Translations under genes and position numbers: made by a program
Shown: positions 28,177-38,718 of the stretch, in pieces
Layout: every line of letters begins with the position of its first letter
How positions within the stretch are numbered: the first letter of the stretch is position 1
From: an uncultured Verrucomicrobiota bacterium
Lineage (GTDB): Bacteria; Verrucomicrobiota; Verrucomicrobiia; CAIQCK01
Assembly: GCA_964524715.1 (NCBI GenBank)
Contig: CAZGGF010000510.1
Coordinates: 850-64,849, forward strand
DNA: 64,000 bases
Reading direction: 5' to 3'
The notes under the pieces: generated by a model
The model's input: only the letters and a program-made list of their open reading frames with translations
Database searches by the model: none
Told to the model about the DNA's origin: nothing

Positions 28177-29250
28177 ATGAAACATCATCGGGTCGTTCTA
28201 GCCTTGGGCGCCATCCTCACCCTGGCAACAGCGGGCGGTTCCGCCGCCGCGGACAATGCCAGCCTGCCAAAAGTGACAGTGACAAATTTGCGGCGGGTGT
28301 TTCACAACGGAGAGCACAACGCCTTCACCGATTTGACCAAGTTCAATGGGAAGTTCTACCTGACGTTCCGTAGTTGCCCGGATGGACACATGGTTAATCC
28401 GACCGCCTCGATCATCATCCTCGCCAGCGATGACACGAAGGACTGGAAGCAGGTGCATCGTTTTAACGTTCCGCTGCGCGATACGCGCGATCCGCACTTC
28501 CTCGTCTTCAAGGGCAAGCTGTTCGTCTATACCGGCACGTGGTATAGCGGTCCAACGGTGCTCGACCGCAAAGACTACGATCTCAACAAGCACCTTGGCT
28601 ACGCCGCGTGGACCGACGACGGCGCGAAGTGGCACAGCCCCATCATGCTCGAAGGCACCTTCGGTCATTACATCTGGCGGGCCGCAGCGTGCGGCAACAA
28701 GGCGTATCTCTGCGGCCGGCGGAAGGTCGGTTTCGAGGTTGCGCCACGCGGTGAAGGCAGGAAGGTCGAGTCGATGATGCTGGAAAGTGATGACGGCCTC
28801 ATCTGGCGCAAACGCGCCGTGTTCCAGGAAATTGCCGGCGATGAAACGGCGTTCCTGTTCGAGCAGGACGGCACCGTGCTCGCCGTGGGCAGGCGCGGCA
28901 GCGCTCCCGCGCAGTTGCTGCGCTCGAAACCGCCCTACACGAACTGGGATCGCAAGGACCTGGACCGCTATGTCGGCGGCCCGCTGATCACCAAGTGGGG
29001 CGACCGCTACGTTGTTGGCGGACGGAAACAAGTGAAGGGTTCCGGCCCCAAGACCTCGCTTTGCTGGCTGGTGGGCGACCAACTGCACGAGTTCGCCGAA
29101 TTTCCCAGCGGCGGCGACAATTCGTATCCCGGCTTCATCGAGCTGGCCCCCAACCGCGCGCTGGTCTCCTACTACTCCAGCCACGAAAAGGACGCGGCCG
29201 GAAAACCAATCACGGCGATTTACATGGCGGAATTGGTGCTGGGCGACTAG
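28177..29250 (+). CDS. Exported sialidase-like/BNR beta-propeller protein
   Basis: GGAGG RBS; HNAFTDL, RDPHF, TDDGAKW, SDDGLIW, GDNSYPG, YYSSH. Confidence 0.7.
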   Translation: MKHHRVVLALGAILTLATAGGSAAADNASLPKVTVTNLRRVFHNGEHNAFTDLTKFNGKFYLTFRSCPDGHMVNPTASIIILASDDTKDWKQVHRFNVPLRDTRDPHFLVFKGKLFVYTGTWYSGPTVLDRKDYDLNKHLGYAAWTDDGAKWHSPIMLEGTFGHYIWRAAACGNKAYLCGRRKVGFEVAPRGEGRKVESMMLESDDGLIWRKRAVFQEIAGDETAFLFEQDGTVLAVGRRGSAPAQLLRSKPPYTNWDRKDLDRYVGGPLITKWGDRYVVGGRKQVKGSGPKTSLCWLVGDQLHEFAEFPSGGDNSYPGFIELAPNRALVSYYSSHEKDAAGKPITAIYMAELVLGD

Positions 29251-29272
29251 CACACCTCGACCTCTCTCAAGA

Positions 29273-31330
29273 GTGAAAAGCATGCGCTCGATAGCACGGA
29301 CTTATCTGGCTACCTTTGTATTCCTGACATCGCTCGCCTTGACGCGCGCCGAGACGCCCAATGCCGGCGAACTGACCACCGCGAAGCAATGGGTGCAAGC
29401 TGTCCTGCTCGCCGAGAAGGCGCGCAAGCCGTTTAGCGCGCTCTATGACGGCAAACCCCTGAGCGCGTTGCTTCGTCTGGCGGTGCGCAAACAAACGCGT
29501 GAGATCGACAAGCAGCGTACCGAGCACACATTGGTATGGGAAGATGCCAGAACGGGCTTGCAGGTGCGTTGCGTCGTCATCGAATACAGCGACTTCCCGG
29601 CCGTGGAGTGGGTATTGTGGCTCAAGAATACCGGCAAGACCGACACGCCGATCATCCAAAGCATCCTGCCACTCGACGTCATCCTCGACCCATCCGCCAC
29701 CGAAGGTGCCCACAGGCTTTTCTACGCAGATGGCTCGCATCAAAGCAGCGCGGAGTTCGTACTGCGTGAGACAGAGCTCCTCGCGGCAGGCGACACGTTT
29801 CGCCTCTCGTCATTCGGCGGACGATCATCAGAAGGCCACCTGCCGTTCTTCAACGTGGCGAAGCCGGACGGCGGCGGAGTGATCGGCGGCATTGGCTGGA
29901 CCGGCCAGTGGGCAGCGACGTTCCAGCGGAATCGCGCCAAGGCGTTGCAGGTGCGCGCCGGCATGGAGATCACTCGATTAAAGCTGCACCCGGGCGAGGA
30001 AATTCGCACGCCGGCGTCATTATTGCTCTTCTGGTCGGGCGCGGACCGCCTTCGCGGACATAATCTGTTGCGGTCGCTGTTGCTGGAACACTACTCGCCC
30101 ACGCCCGGCGGGAAACGGGTTCAGTTGCCAATCGCCGCGTCGCCTCACCATACCATCGGGTTCGAGAAGACCAGCGAGACTAATATGCTGCAGGGCATCC
30201 AGAATGTCGCGCAGCATAAACTGCCGGTTGACGCATGGTGGATTGATGCGGGCTGGATCAACTGCGGCACGCAGAACTGGGCGCGAAGCAACGGAAACCT
30301 CAGCCCCGACCCCTTGCGCTACCCCAACGGCCTGAAACCTGTCGGGGACGCAGTTCATCGCAATGGCCTGAAGTTCGTGCTTTGGTTCGAACCGGAACGA
30401 GCGATGCCCGACACCGAGGTTTATCGCGACCACCGTGAATGGCTGATCCCGCCGCCGCTGAATCTGCCGTTTGACCTGTCCTATATGCAACGGGCGGGTT
30501 TCCACCTGCTCGACCTTGGCAACCGCGACGCTCTTGAGTGGTTGAAGGCCAAGATCGGCGGCATGATCGAACAGTTCGGAGTGGACGTCTATCGTCAGGA
30601 CTTCAACATGTACCCGCTCGATTATTGGCGCGCGGGTGAGCCGCCTGACCGGCTCGGCATGCGCGAGATCAAGTATGTGATGGGACTCTATGAATTCTGG
30701 GACGCGCTGCGGCAGCGGTTTCCGAATCTGCTCATCGACAACTGCGCGAGCGGCGGACGGCGGATTGATTTTGAGATGTTGCGGCGGTCCGTCGTGTTGT
30801 GGCGCAGCGATATCTGCTGGCCACACTACGATGCCATGCAAAGCATGACCTGGGGTTTGTCGCACTGGATTCCAATCCACGGCGTAGGCTCGAACACGAC
30901 CAGTCCGTATGGGTTCCGCAGCGGCATGGGCGCGACCGCCACCTACAGCCTCAACTATTACAACGACCCCGCTGTTTGGGAGACCGCCACAAAGCTCCTC
31001 AACCAGTACAAGAACATCAGACACCTCTTCACCGGCGACTTCCACCCGTTGACACCCTACAGCCTGAAACGTGACGCGTGGATAGCCTGGCAGTTCCAAC
31101 GTCCCGACCTTGGCGAGATCCTTGTCCAAGCCTTTCGTCGCGCTGATGCGAAATCCGAGACACTCAGCGTGAAACTCCGCGGCCTCGCGCCTGACGCGCG
31201 CTATGAAGTGAAGGACCTCGATGGATCAACGGAAACGCGCACGGGCCGTGAACTGGCAGCAGGCTTCACTATTACCCTGAAGAGCAAACCCGCAGCGGCT
31301 GTCTTCGTTCTGCGAAAAGCACATCCCTGA
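29273..31330 (+). CDS. GH36 alpha-galactosidase
   Basis: GGRSS, WIDAGW, FVLWFEPER, YRQDFN, IDNCASGGRRID, WRSD. Confidence 0.88.
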   Translation: MKSMRSIARTYLATFVFLTSLALTRAETPNAGELTTAKQWVQAVLLAEKARKPFSALYDGKPLSALLRLAVRKQTREIDKQRTEHTLVWEDARTGLQVRCVVIEYSDFPAVEWVLWLKNTGKTDTPIIQSILPLDVILDPSATEGAHRLFYADGSHQSSAEFVLRETELLAAGDTFRLSSFGGRSSEGHLPFFNVAKPDGGGVIGGIGWTGQWAATFQRNRAKALQVRAGMEITRLKLHPGEEIRTPASLLLFWSGADRLRGHNLLRSLLLEHYSPTPGGKRVQLPIAASPHHTIGFEKTSETNMLQGIQNVAQHKLPVDAWWIDAGWINCGTQNWARSNGNLSPDPLRYPNGLKPVGDAVHRNGLKFVLWFEPERAMPDTEVYRDHREWLIPPPLNLPFDLSYMQRAGFHLLDLGNRDALEWLKAKIGGMIEQFGVDVYRQDFNMYPLDYWRAGEPPDRLGMREIKYVMGLYEFWDALRQRFPNLLIDNCASGGRRIDFEMLRRSVVLWRSDICWPHYDAMQSMTWGLSHWIPIHGVGSNTTSPYGFRSGMGATATYSLNYYNDPAVWETATKLLNQYKNIRHLFTGDFHPLTPYSLKRDAWIAWQFQRPDLGEILVQAFRRADAKSETLSVKLRGLAPDARYEVKDLDGSTETRTGRELAAGFTITLKSKPAAAVFVLRKAHP

Positions 31331-31396
31331 CGGACTGCCGGTCACAGAACTTCGTTGTCACCTTGATCCGACGCCGTGCCTTTACCCGCATCCCGT

Positions 31397-33484
31397 CTAC
31401 TTCTTCTCCAATGGCGCAAGCTCCGCCCAGCGGTCCGCCAGCCGGCGCGTGTCCTCATGAAGAGCGGGCAGATTCATGCGCCAGTCTCCCCGGTACCAAT
31501 TTTGCCACGGTCCCCATTCCGCACGCTTGCGATACTCCAACACATGCCCCAGCGCATCCGCGGCGGCCCGCGCGTGAGTGGCGGCTTCGCCGACTTCAAG
31601 CGAAGCAAACGCGCGCATGCCTTGGCAGAGTTTTTCCAGCCACAAGCTGAGACCCGCCATTGTCTCGGCCTGCACCAGCAGGTTGTCGCTGAAGAACTGC
31701 CCGTGACCGGGCACGATCTTATCCAGAACGGGTTTTGCGCCGTCAGCCACTTTGCGGAAGTTGCTGGCGGAGGCGGCGGCCAGCGGTTCGTAACGATCCA
31801 GCAACTTGTAGATTTCGGCGCGGCCCGCATAGGCGGGATAGGTGTCGCGGTCAAGCGCGGTAGCGAGCAGCGTCTTGCCGGCAGACTGAATCACACCATC
31901 CAACATCAAGGCTCCCTTCGAGGACGATGTCACATAGGCGGTAAAAAACTCTCGGTAGGTTCGCGCCGCTTCGCCGGCCGCCGCCTCGCCGTACTCGCGC
32001 GCGCACCAACGCCGCAGGAATGCATCGGCCTTGAATTCAGCGCCACCCCATGTCAATTCAGCCACTGCTTCCGCCTGCAAGATCACCTCGCGAATACTGC
32101 CAACGTTGAGAACGCTCAACCAACGATCGCCCTTGCGCGCGATCTCACCGTAGTTCCGCGCGATCTTTTCCAGCGATACCCCTTGCGCCAACCGCGGCCC
32201 CGCGCCCCAAAACGCCGCGTGATAATACACACCGTAATTGCGACCCGGTTCCCGCGAAATCTTGCGAAAATCACCCTGCATTTCCTGCGTCGAACCTTCA
32301 TCCGCAAACACCACCGCAACACCGTCCGGGGACTTCAGATGGCCCTTGGCGTGCAGGTCAGCGCCTTCCGCCCACAGTGTGGCGGTGGCTGGCGGTGTCG
32401 CGCCGGTTGCTTTCTTCACCGTCTCCCACTGCCATGCAATGGCACGCGACACCATCGCCCCGCGTTCGGCATCCGTCTTCGGAGCGTTCAGGTCGGTGCT
32501 CCAGAACGCGCGATCAGCCGCGCCGCGCAAGCCCAGTTGCCAGACCACATTCGTCTGCTTTGCCCACAGCCCCGCATAATGCGCCCACACCTCTTCCATC
32601 TCGCGCGGGTTCTTCGTGTAGGAAAACTCCAGCGTCTTGCCGCGGTCGTGCCAGTAGTTGCGGAAACAAAAAGCGCTAACGCCGAGCGGCTGCGTATGAT
32701 GTTGCGAAACGAACAACCCATGTTGCGCGGCCAGGGCCACAATCCGGCGGTCGCACTCGGACTCCAGATCAATGTAAGAACCGGGAATGATCATGTTGCA
32801 GCGCAACCGCAACGCCGTCTCGAACACCCTCTCATATGCTTCGTCGGCAATCGGCAGGTGAAAATAGTAGTGGGCCAGCCGCCGCCGTTCCTTGCCCATC
32901 TTCCATCCGGTGATCAAATCCTCGTCATTCAAGAACCATCCCCGGAATCGAAATGCGGGACCGGTTGCCGTTACTCCACCGTCGGCAATGACCACGTTGG
33001 CGCGCTTGGCGGGCGCCAACCCGGTCCAGTTAGCGATGGGATCCACGCCCAGATAACGTGAGCATATCTCATAAATACCGAACACCGTGCCGCGCTCGTC
33101 GCTGCCTGCCACCAACAGCGGCGCCTTCTCCCCTGCCCCCGGCTTGACGATGTAATTCTCCCATTTGCCCGCGAGCGACGACGGATCAACGCCACCGGCC
33201 GAAAACGCGGCCTTGGCCTTTGGATTGGAAGCCGTCGCAATGAGAACCGCGCTGCCAGGGGGTGAGCCGGCATCCAACAGTGCCGGCGTGCGGCCTGTGA
33301 CTGCTGCGACATCACAAACGAGATCACGAGCAGCAATCTTCACCGCCTCGCTCTCCCCGGGTGCAACCCAGATTGCGGCAACGCGTCCACCTTCCACCAG
33401 TCGAAATCCGGATTCCGCGCCCGAAAGCCACGAACCCAGTGCAAGCCATGCACCGACTATCACAATGTTGATCTTCACCGGCAT
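31397..33484 (-). CDS. GH115-like glycoside hydrolase (alpha-glucuronidase family)
   Basis: GAGGAG RBS before ATG 33484; AGSDERGTVFGIYE, FRGWFLNDED, FETALRLRCN, WQLGLRG, GVYYH, NVGSIRE. Confidence 0.72.
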   Translation of the reverse strand: MPVKINIVIVGAWLALGSWLSGAESGFRLVEGGRVAAIWVAPGESEAVKIAARDLVCDVAAVTGRTPALLDAGSPPGSAVLIATASNPKAKAAFSAGGVDPSSLAGKWENYIVKPGAGEKAPLLVAGSDERGTVFGIYEICSRYLGVDPIANWTGLAPAKRANVVIADGGVTATGPAFRFRGWFLNDEDLITGWKMGKERRRLAHYYFHLPIADEAYERVFETALRLRCNMIIPGSYIDLESECDRRIVALAAQHGLFVSQHHTQPLGVSAFCFRNYWHDRGKTLEFSYTKNPREMEEVWAHYAGLWAKQTNVVWQLGLRGAADRAFWSTDLNAPKTDAERGAMVSRAIAWQWETVKKATGATPPATATLWAEGADLHAKGHLKSPDGVAVVFADEGSTQEMQGDFRKISREPGRNYGVYYHAAFWGAGPRLAQGVSLEKIARNYGEIARKGDRWLSVLNVGSIREVILQAEAVAELTWGGAEFKADAFLRRWCAREYGEAAAGEAARTYREFFTAYVTSSSKGALMLDGVIQSAGKTLLATALDRDTYPAYAGRAEIYKLLDRYEPLAAASASNFRKVADGAKPVLDKIVPGHGQFFSDNLLVQAETMAGLSLWLEKLCQGMRAFASLEVGEAATHARAAADALGHVLEYRKRAEWGPWQNWYRGDWRMNLPALHEDTRRLADRWAELAPLEKK

Positions 33485-33525
33485 TTCTCCTCGCAATCTT
33501 GTTTCCGCTTCATTCGCCAAGTGCA

Positions 33526-33554
33526 AGCGTCAGCAACGGCCGGTAGTACAGCAA
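33526..33554 (-). promoter_or_regulatory. Putative promoter TTGCTG-17-GACGCT for the GH115-like gene
   Basis: 17-nt spacing in the divergent intergenic region. Confidence 0.4.
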
Positions 33555-33681
33555 ACCCGTGGTTAAGTTTCCACTCCAATCCAGCTTGGAGCCCTCATCA
33601 GCGAATTTCCCACCCAAAAATGACCGCGCTATTTGCCGGAGTTCGTGATAGAAACACCGCCCGTTGAAAGGAGTGTTTGCG

Positions 33682-34770
33682 ATGACAGATATCTCTCGCC
33701 GCGCCATGCTGAAACTTGGAACCGCCGGAGTCGCCGGATCTGCCTTGCCCTCCCTCGCATCCGGAAACGAAAACATCAAAAAGACGGGTGACGGTCTCTG
33801 TAACGCCGCCGTCAACATACGCGCCCATCAACTGATGAGCCTCGTTTGCATCCACGGAGGCGCGAAATGTCCGTTGATGGAAGCCGCAAAGGCGCAGGAA
33901 GTGCTGCAGCAGCTCGCGGTCGATCCGACAACTGCAATTCGCTTGATGTCGAACGCGGACGAGATTCCGCATTACACAACCCTCAAGACAACTGCCGGCG
34001 CTTCACCAGACACGACACAGGTGCTGAACCGCAAGCGCGATCTCGACGTGCTTCAGCGACTCGGTCTCGCGCCCGGCGACACGCGCCGCGCCCGCTATCT
34101 CTACGAACTGTTGTTCCAGCGCATCGAGACACCGAAAGGCATCTGTTCACACGACACGCCGGGATGGGAAGGCTGTCCGTTGGCGAAAAACGGCGTGTAC
34201 GAGCGAGTTCGCAAGCAAGGATGGAAAGCGCTGGTCCATTCGCGGACGGACCAGGAACGCGAGCAATACCGCCGCCGTAACATCCAATGCATTGAGACCG
34301 GCAACCGGCTTTTCGTGCGGCCGCACCACTTGATGTGCCTGGCTTGCTGGTATGCAGGTGGCAAGAACAAGTCGCCCCGGCCCAATGACACGTTGTTTGA
34401 AATCTGGCAGCGCATTTGCCGCGAGCCGGACGTGCCCGTCACACTCGTTGAGGGCACATGCATGGCCTGTGACTGCTGCGACGGTTTTCATCCGTCCAAC
34501 GGCCGCTGCGTCCATTCGTGCGGGCTGATCCGCGACTATAAGAAAGATCTGGATGTGCTCCAAAAGCTGGGCCTGATGCCAGGCGCGACGATGAAAGCGC
34601 GCGAATTGTATGCACTGTTGTTCGAACGCATTCTATCCACGCGCGATATCTGCTCCTTCGGAGATGGCGTCTTGCGTTCCGAGGAGTGGAAGCTGTGCGG
34701 CGGTCCGGACGGCAATTCCGGCTACGTCGCAACACGACGAACCGGCATCTTCACCAGTGATCGCTCATAG
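33682..34770 (+). CDS. Tat-exported Cys/His-rich protein with two DUF1284-like repeats
   Basis: SRRAML; IRAHQLMSLVC and VRPHHLMCLAC; DLDVLQRLGLAPG and DLDVLQKLGLMPG. Confidence 0.7.
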   Translation: MTDISRRAMLKLGTAGVAGSALPSLASGNENIKKTGDGLCNAAVNIRAHQLMSLVCIHGGAKCPLMEAAKAQEVLQQLAVDPTTAIRLMSNADEIPHYTTLKTTAGASPDTTQVLNRKRDLDVLQRLGLAPGDTRRARYLYELLFQRIETPKGICSHDTPGWEGCPLAKNGVYERVRKQGWKALVHSRTDQEREQYRRRNIQCIETGNRLFVRPHHLMCLACWYAGGKNKSPRPNDTLFEIWQRICREPDVPVTLVEGTCMACDCCDGFHPSNGRCVHSCGLIRDYKKDLDVLQKLGLMPGATMKARELYALLFERILSTRDICSFGDGVLRSEEWKLCGGPDGNSGYVATRRTGIFTSDRS

Positions 34771-34829
34771 TGCGATCAACAATCGCCCCCAAGCACAACC
34801 TCACAGGAAACGCGCAAAAGAACAATCCC

Positions 34830-37208
34830 ATGAACAAGCCCTTGGCATATCTACTTCTCGCAGTCGCCATGCTCTCCGGTAATGTCAGAGCTGCCGACGC
34901 TCCCCAACCTCCAGTGTGGCTGGACACCACACCACTGACGAAACGAACCGCGGTTTTCAATTTGGATGGCGGAGCCTTCGTGCGTGTCGACGTGTTGGGC
35001 GAGCGGCTGTTTCGCATCCGCCATAGCAAGACCGGGCGCTGGACAGAATCCGGGCTGAACCGCTACGGCATTCTCGCCACCGTCTTTCCTGATGTCGCAT
35101 TCAAGCAGACCGAAGCCAACGGTGTTTTCACCCTTGCAACGAAACAGGCAAGACTCACTGTTGCCCGCAAGGACGGGGCCATCACCCTGGCGGGCGCCGA
35201 TGGGAACCATCTCACTCAACAGACGCCGCCCCGCTATGAAGCCAACGGTGGCTACGACGTCCGGTTCTCCCTGTCTCGCGATGAGCGCATTTATGGACTC
35301 GGTGACGTCAGCCGCGAGAACATCATGCGCCGGGGCGGTGTCTATGAGTTCTGGGTTCGGAACGTGAAAGCTTACGCCCCGATTCCGATGATGTTGAGCA
35401 ATCGCGGCTGGGGTTTGATGATGAACACCACTTGGCGAAACACGATGGACATCGGGAAAAGCGATCCGGACAAGATTGTGTGCGCTGCGGCCCGGAGCGA
35501 TCTCGATTACTACCTGTTCTGCGGCACAGACTTCCACAGCTTGCTCGATACGTACACGTCGTTTAGCGGACGTCCTGCGCTGTTGCCGGTCTGGGGATAT
35601 GCCTTCACCTACGTCTGCAACGAAAACATCGACGCCTTCAACATGATGAATGAGGCGCTGACGTTCCGGCGCGAACACATGCCGTGCGATGTCATCGGGC
35701 TTGAGCCCGGCTGGATGTCCAAGAACTACGACGGCACCACTGCCAAACAGTGGCATCCGCAACGTTTCCCGATCCCCAAGTGGGCGCCCAAGGGACCGCA
35801 CACGTTTCTCGGCGCGCTCAAGCGCAAAGGATTCAAGCTCAGCCTCTGGCTTTGTTGCGATTACGACCTGGGCCTTTACGAGGAGCAGTTGCTGACCGGC
35901 AAGAAACCGGTTCCCGCTGCGCATTCGAAAACCGCTGCGCCAGCAGGCGATCCTGACGATTTTGAAAAAGACGAGCATCTGAACAAGCCGAAGGGAGCGA
36001 AGAAGAAGACACCGGCAAAGGATGCGGCGGCGCAGGCATCGGAGCCATGGTTCGAGCATCTGAAGAACTTCGTCGATCAGGGCGTCTCGGCCTTCAAACT
36101 CGACGGCGCATACCAAGTCATCGAACACGCCGGGCGCAAATGGGCCAATGGCATGACCGACGAGGAAATGCACAACCTCTATCCCGTGATCTATGCCAAG
36201 CAGATGGCGCGCGGATTCGAGGAACACACAGGACGCCGTTCCATGGTTTACTCCGCGGGCGGTTATGCAGGTGTCCAACAATACGTCGCCACCTGGGCCG
36301 GCGATACGGGAGGCGGACCGAAGCCGCTGGCCTCCATGTTGAATCACGGTTTCTCAGGCCATTCCAATCACTCCTGCGATATGGATGTTTTCAGTTTGGA
36401 AGGCATCCACTTTGGTTTTCTCCAGACGTGGGCGCAACAGAACAACTGGGCCTACTGGCGTCAGCCATGGCTACTGGAAGATGCGCAAATTCCCGCGTTC
36501 CGCGCTTATGCACAGTTGCGCTACAAGCTGCTGCCCTATCTCTACTCGACGGCTGCCGAGGCCGCATTGACCGGCTATCCGGTAATGCGCGCGATGTCCA
36601 TGGCTTGCCCGGATGACCCGGCATGGGATACCTGCCTGGGGCAATACATGCTTGGCGATTTCCTGCTGGTTTCCGCCTTTTCCAAGGAAGTCCGCCTGCC
36701 CAAAGGTGACTGGATCAACTTCTGGGACGGCAAACACATCGCCGGCCCGGTGACGATCCCCGTGAAAGCCACCGCCATCCAGGGTGGCGCACTCTTGGTG
36801 AAGAGTGGTGCCATCATTCCCACCTGGTCGGCCTATGACCACGTCGAAAAAGGCTGGTCGCCCGAGGTGGCATTGCTTGTCTATCCTGCCGCCAGCAGCG
36901 CATTTACGTTGTACGAAGATGACGGCGAAAGCCTCGCCTACCGAAAAGGCAAATTTGCCCGGACACACCTCACCTGCGAAACACACGGGAAGACCGTCAA
37001 GCTGACCATCGGCAAACGTGAGGGTAATTACGCCGGCATGCCACCGGCACGCGATTTCACAGCGACCATCCATCTCCCGGCCCGTCCGACAACCGTCACA
37101 CTCGACGACGCTGCAGCCATGGACTGGCAATGGGACGATGCGACCTCCGCTGCCACGATCAAGATTCCCGCTTGCGGCAAGGCGGCCAGAGTTGTGGTGT
37201 GCAAATAA
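34830..37208 (+). CDS. GH31 glycoside hydrolase
   Basis: IYGLG, LDYYLF, GRPALLPVW, FKLDG nucleophile, TWAGDT acid/base, LRYKLLPYLY, LYEDDG. Confidence 0.88.
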   Translation: MNKPLAYLLLAVAMLSGNVRAADAPQPPVWLDTTPLTKRTAVFNLDGGAFVRVDVLGERLFRIRHSKTGRWTESGLNRYGILATVFPDVAFKQTEANGVFTLATKQARLTVARKDGAITLAGADGNHLTQQTPPRYEANGGYDVRFSLSRDERIYGLGDVSRENIMRRGGVYEFWVRNVKAYAPIPMMLSNRGWGLMMNTTWRNTMDIGKSDPDKIVCAAARSDLDYYLFCGTDFHSLLDTYTSFSGRPALLPVWGYAFTYVCNENIDAFNMMNEALTFRREHMPCDVIGLEPGWMSKNYDGTTAKQWHPQRFPIPKWAPKGPHTFLGALKRKGFKLSLWLCCDYDLGLYEEQLLTGKKPVPAAHSKTAAPAGDPDDFEKDEHLNKPKGAKKKTPAKDAAAQASEPWFEHLKNFVDQGVSAFKLDGAYQVIEHAGRKWANGMTDEEMHNLYPVIYAKQMARGFEEHTGRRSMVYSAGGYAGVQQYVATWAGDTGGGPKPLASMLNHGFSGHSNHSCDMDVFSLEGIHFGFLQTWAQQNNWAYWRQPWLLEDAQIPAFRAYAQLRYKLLPYLYSTAAEAALTGYPVMRAMSMACPDDPAWDTCLGQYMLGDFLLVSAFSKEVRLPKGDWINFWDGKHIAGPVTIPVKATAIQGGALLVKSGAIIPTWSAYDHVEKGWSPEVALLVYPAASSAFTLYEDDGESLAYRKGKFARTHLTCETHGKTVKLTIGKREGNYAGMPPARDFTATIHLPARPTTVTLDDAAAMDWQWDDATSAATIKIPACGKAARVVVCK

Positions 37209-37257
37209 GTCGCAGTGCCGCTGCCGGCGTGAACTTGATGAACTTGGAACATCGAAT

Positions 37258-38718
37258 ATGAAACCTGCCTCCCGCACCATCCTCGCGCCTGTCGTTGTCG
37301 TCCTCACCTTCATCGCGTCCCTCGCCACCGGGCTCGCCGCGCCTCAGTCAAAGGCACCGCCGCTCCGTGCCGGGGCGGCAGCCATGGATGTCACTCCGAA
37401 ACAGTTTCCACTCAACATGCCGGGCGGCTTCAGCGCGAATATGGCAACGAACGCGCACGATCCACTTCACGCCCGTGCATTGGTCCTCGACGACGGAGTC
37501 ACCACTCTCGCCATGGTCATCGTAGACAATCTCGGTGTGGCCCCGGAAACAGCGAAAGACGCGAAAGCTCTCGCTTCACAACGTTGCGGCATCAAGCCGG
37601 AAAACATTCTTGTTTCCGCAACCCACACCCACAGCGCCCCCTCGTCGAATTCCACCAACGGGCCAGCCGCCGCCATCGCCTATCGCAAAGTTTTGGTCGA
37701 GGGCATTGCCGAATCTATCGTTCGCGCCCATGGCGCGCTGCGGCCTGCTGCCGTCGGTGCCGCCGCGCATCCGCTGCCGGAGGAAGTCTTCAACCGCCGC
37801 TGGTTCCTCAAGCCCGGCAAGATGCCCCTGAATCCATTCGGCAAAATGGATCAGGTGAAAATGAATCCCGGCACGGGTCCTGATGTGCTCGACCGACCCG
37901 CCGGTCCGACCGATCCGGACATCACGGTTCTCTCCGTGCAAGACACGAAGCGCAAACCGCTTGCGCTGCTGGCCAACTACTCGCTTCACTACGTCGGCCA
38001 CACCCCGAGAGCCATGGTATCAGCGGACTATTATGGCGAGTTCGCAAGGCTCATGCCCTCGCGGGTCAATGGCGACACAAACTTCGTCGCCATGATGTCC
38101 AACGGCACCTCCGGCGATATCAACAACATCCCGTTCCTTGTCACCCGCCCGCCCCGCGAGCCATTCGAGCAGATCCGCATCGTCGCCCAAAAGGCTGCTG
38201 ACACCGCATGGTATGCGTTCCGGAAGATCGAGAAATACAGCTCCAACGCGCGCCTCGGCATGATTCAACGCGAAGTCACACTCCGATTCCGCCGCCCCAC
38301 CGCCGAACAAGTCGCCGCCGCCAAAGCTGTGCTCGCCATCAAGGACAAAGCCGAGCGCGAGAAACTCCCGCGCCTCGCCGAGAATTACGCGCGCACCACC
38401 ATCGCAGCCGATCAGCGCAAGGAGGCAACACTCACCGTCATTCTCCAAGCCATCCGCATCGGCGACATCGCCATCTGCGGCATTCCATTCGAGACTTTCT
38501 GCGAGATTGGCCTCGACCTGAAGAAGCGCAGTCCGTTCCCTCGCACGATGGTCATCGGCCTCGCCAACGGCCGCCACGGTTATCTGCCGACGCCCGGGCA
38601 GCACAAACTCGGCGGTTACGAGACCTGGATCGGCACCTGCAATGTTCAGGAAGACACGTCCGTCATTCTTACCAATAACCTCCTCGAAATGCTGACCGAA
38701 CTCGCCAAATCAAAATGA
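37258..38718 (+). CDS. Exported neutral ceramidase-like protein (paralog 5)
   Basis: HDPLHARALVL, ATHTHSAP, NRRW, NYSLHY, SADYYG, GTSGD, PFETF, LANG..GYLPT..GGYE. Confidence 0.8.
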   Translation: MKPASRTILAPVVVVLTFIASLATGLAAPQSKAPPLRAGAAAMDVTPKQFPLNMPGGFSANMATNAHDPLHARALVLDDGVTTLAMVIVDNLGVAPETAKDAKALASQRCGIKPENILVSATHTHSAPSSNSTNGPAAAIAYRKVLVEGIAESIVRAHGALRPAAVGAAAHPLPEEVFNRRWFLKPGKMPLNPFGKMDQVKMNPGTGPDVLDRPAGPTDPDITVLSVQDTKRKPLALLANYSLHYVGHTPRAMVSADYYGEFARLMPSRVNGDTNFVAMMSNGTSGDINNIPFLVTRPPREPFEQIRIVAQKAADTAWYAFRKIEKYSSNARLGMIQREVTLRFRRPTAEQVAAAKAVLAIKDKAEREKLPRLAENYARTTIAADQRKEATLTVILQAIRIGDIAICGIPFETFCEIGLDLKKRSPFPRTMVIGLANGRHGYLPTPGQHKLGGYETWIGTCNVQEDTSVILTNNLLEMLTELAKSK

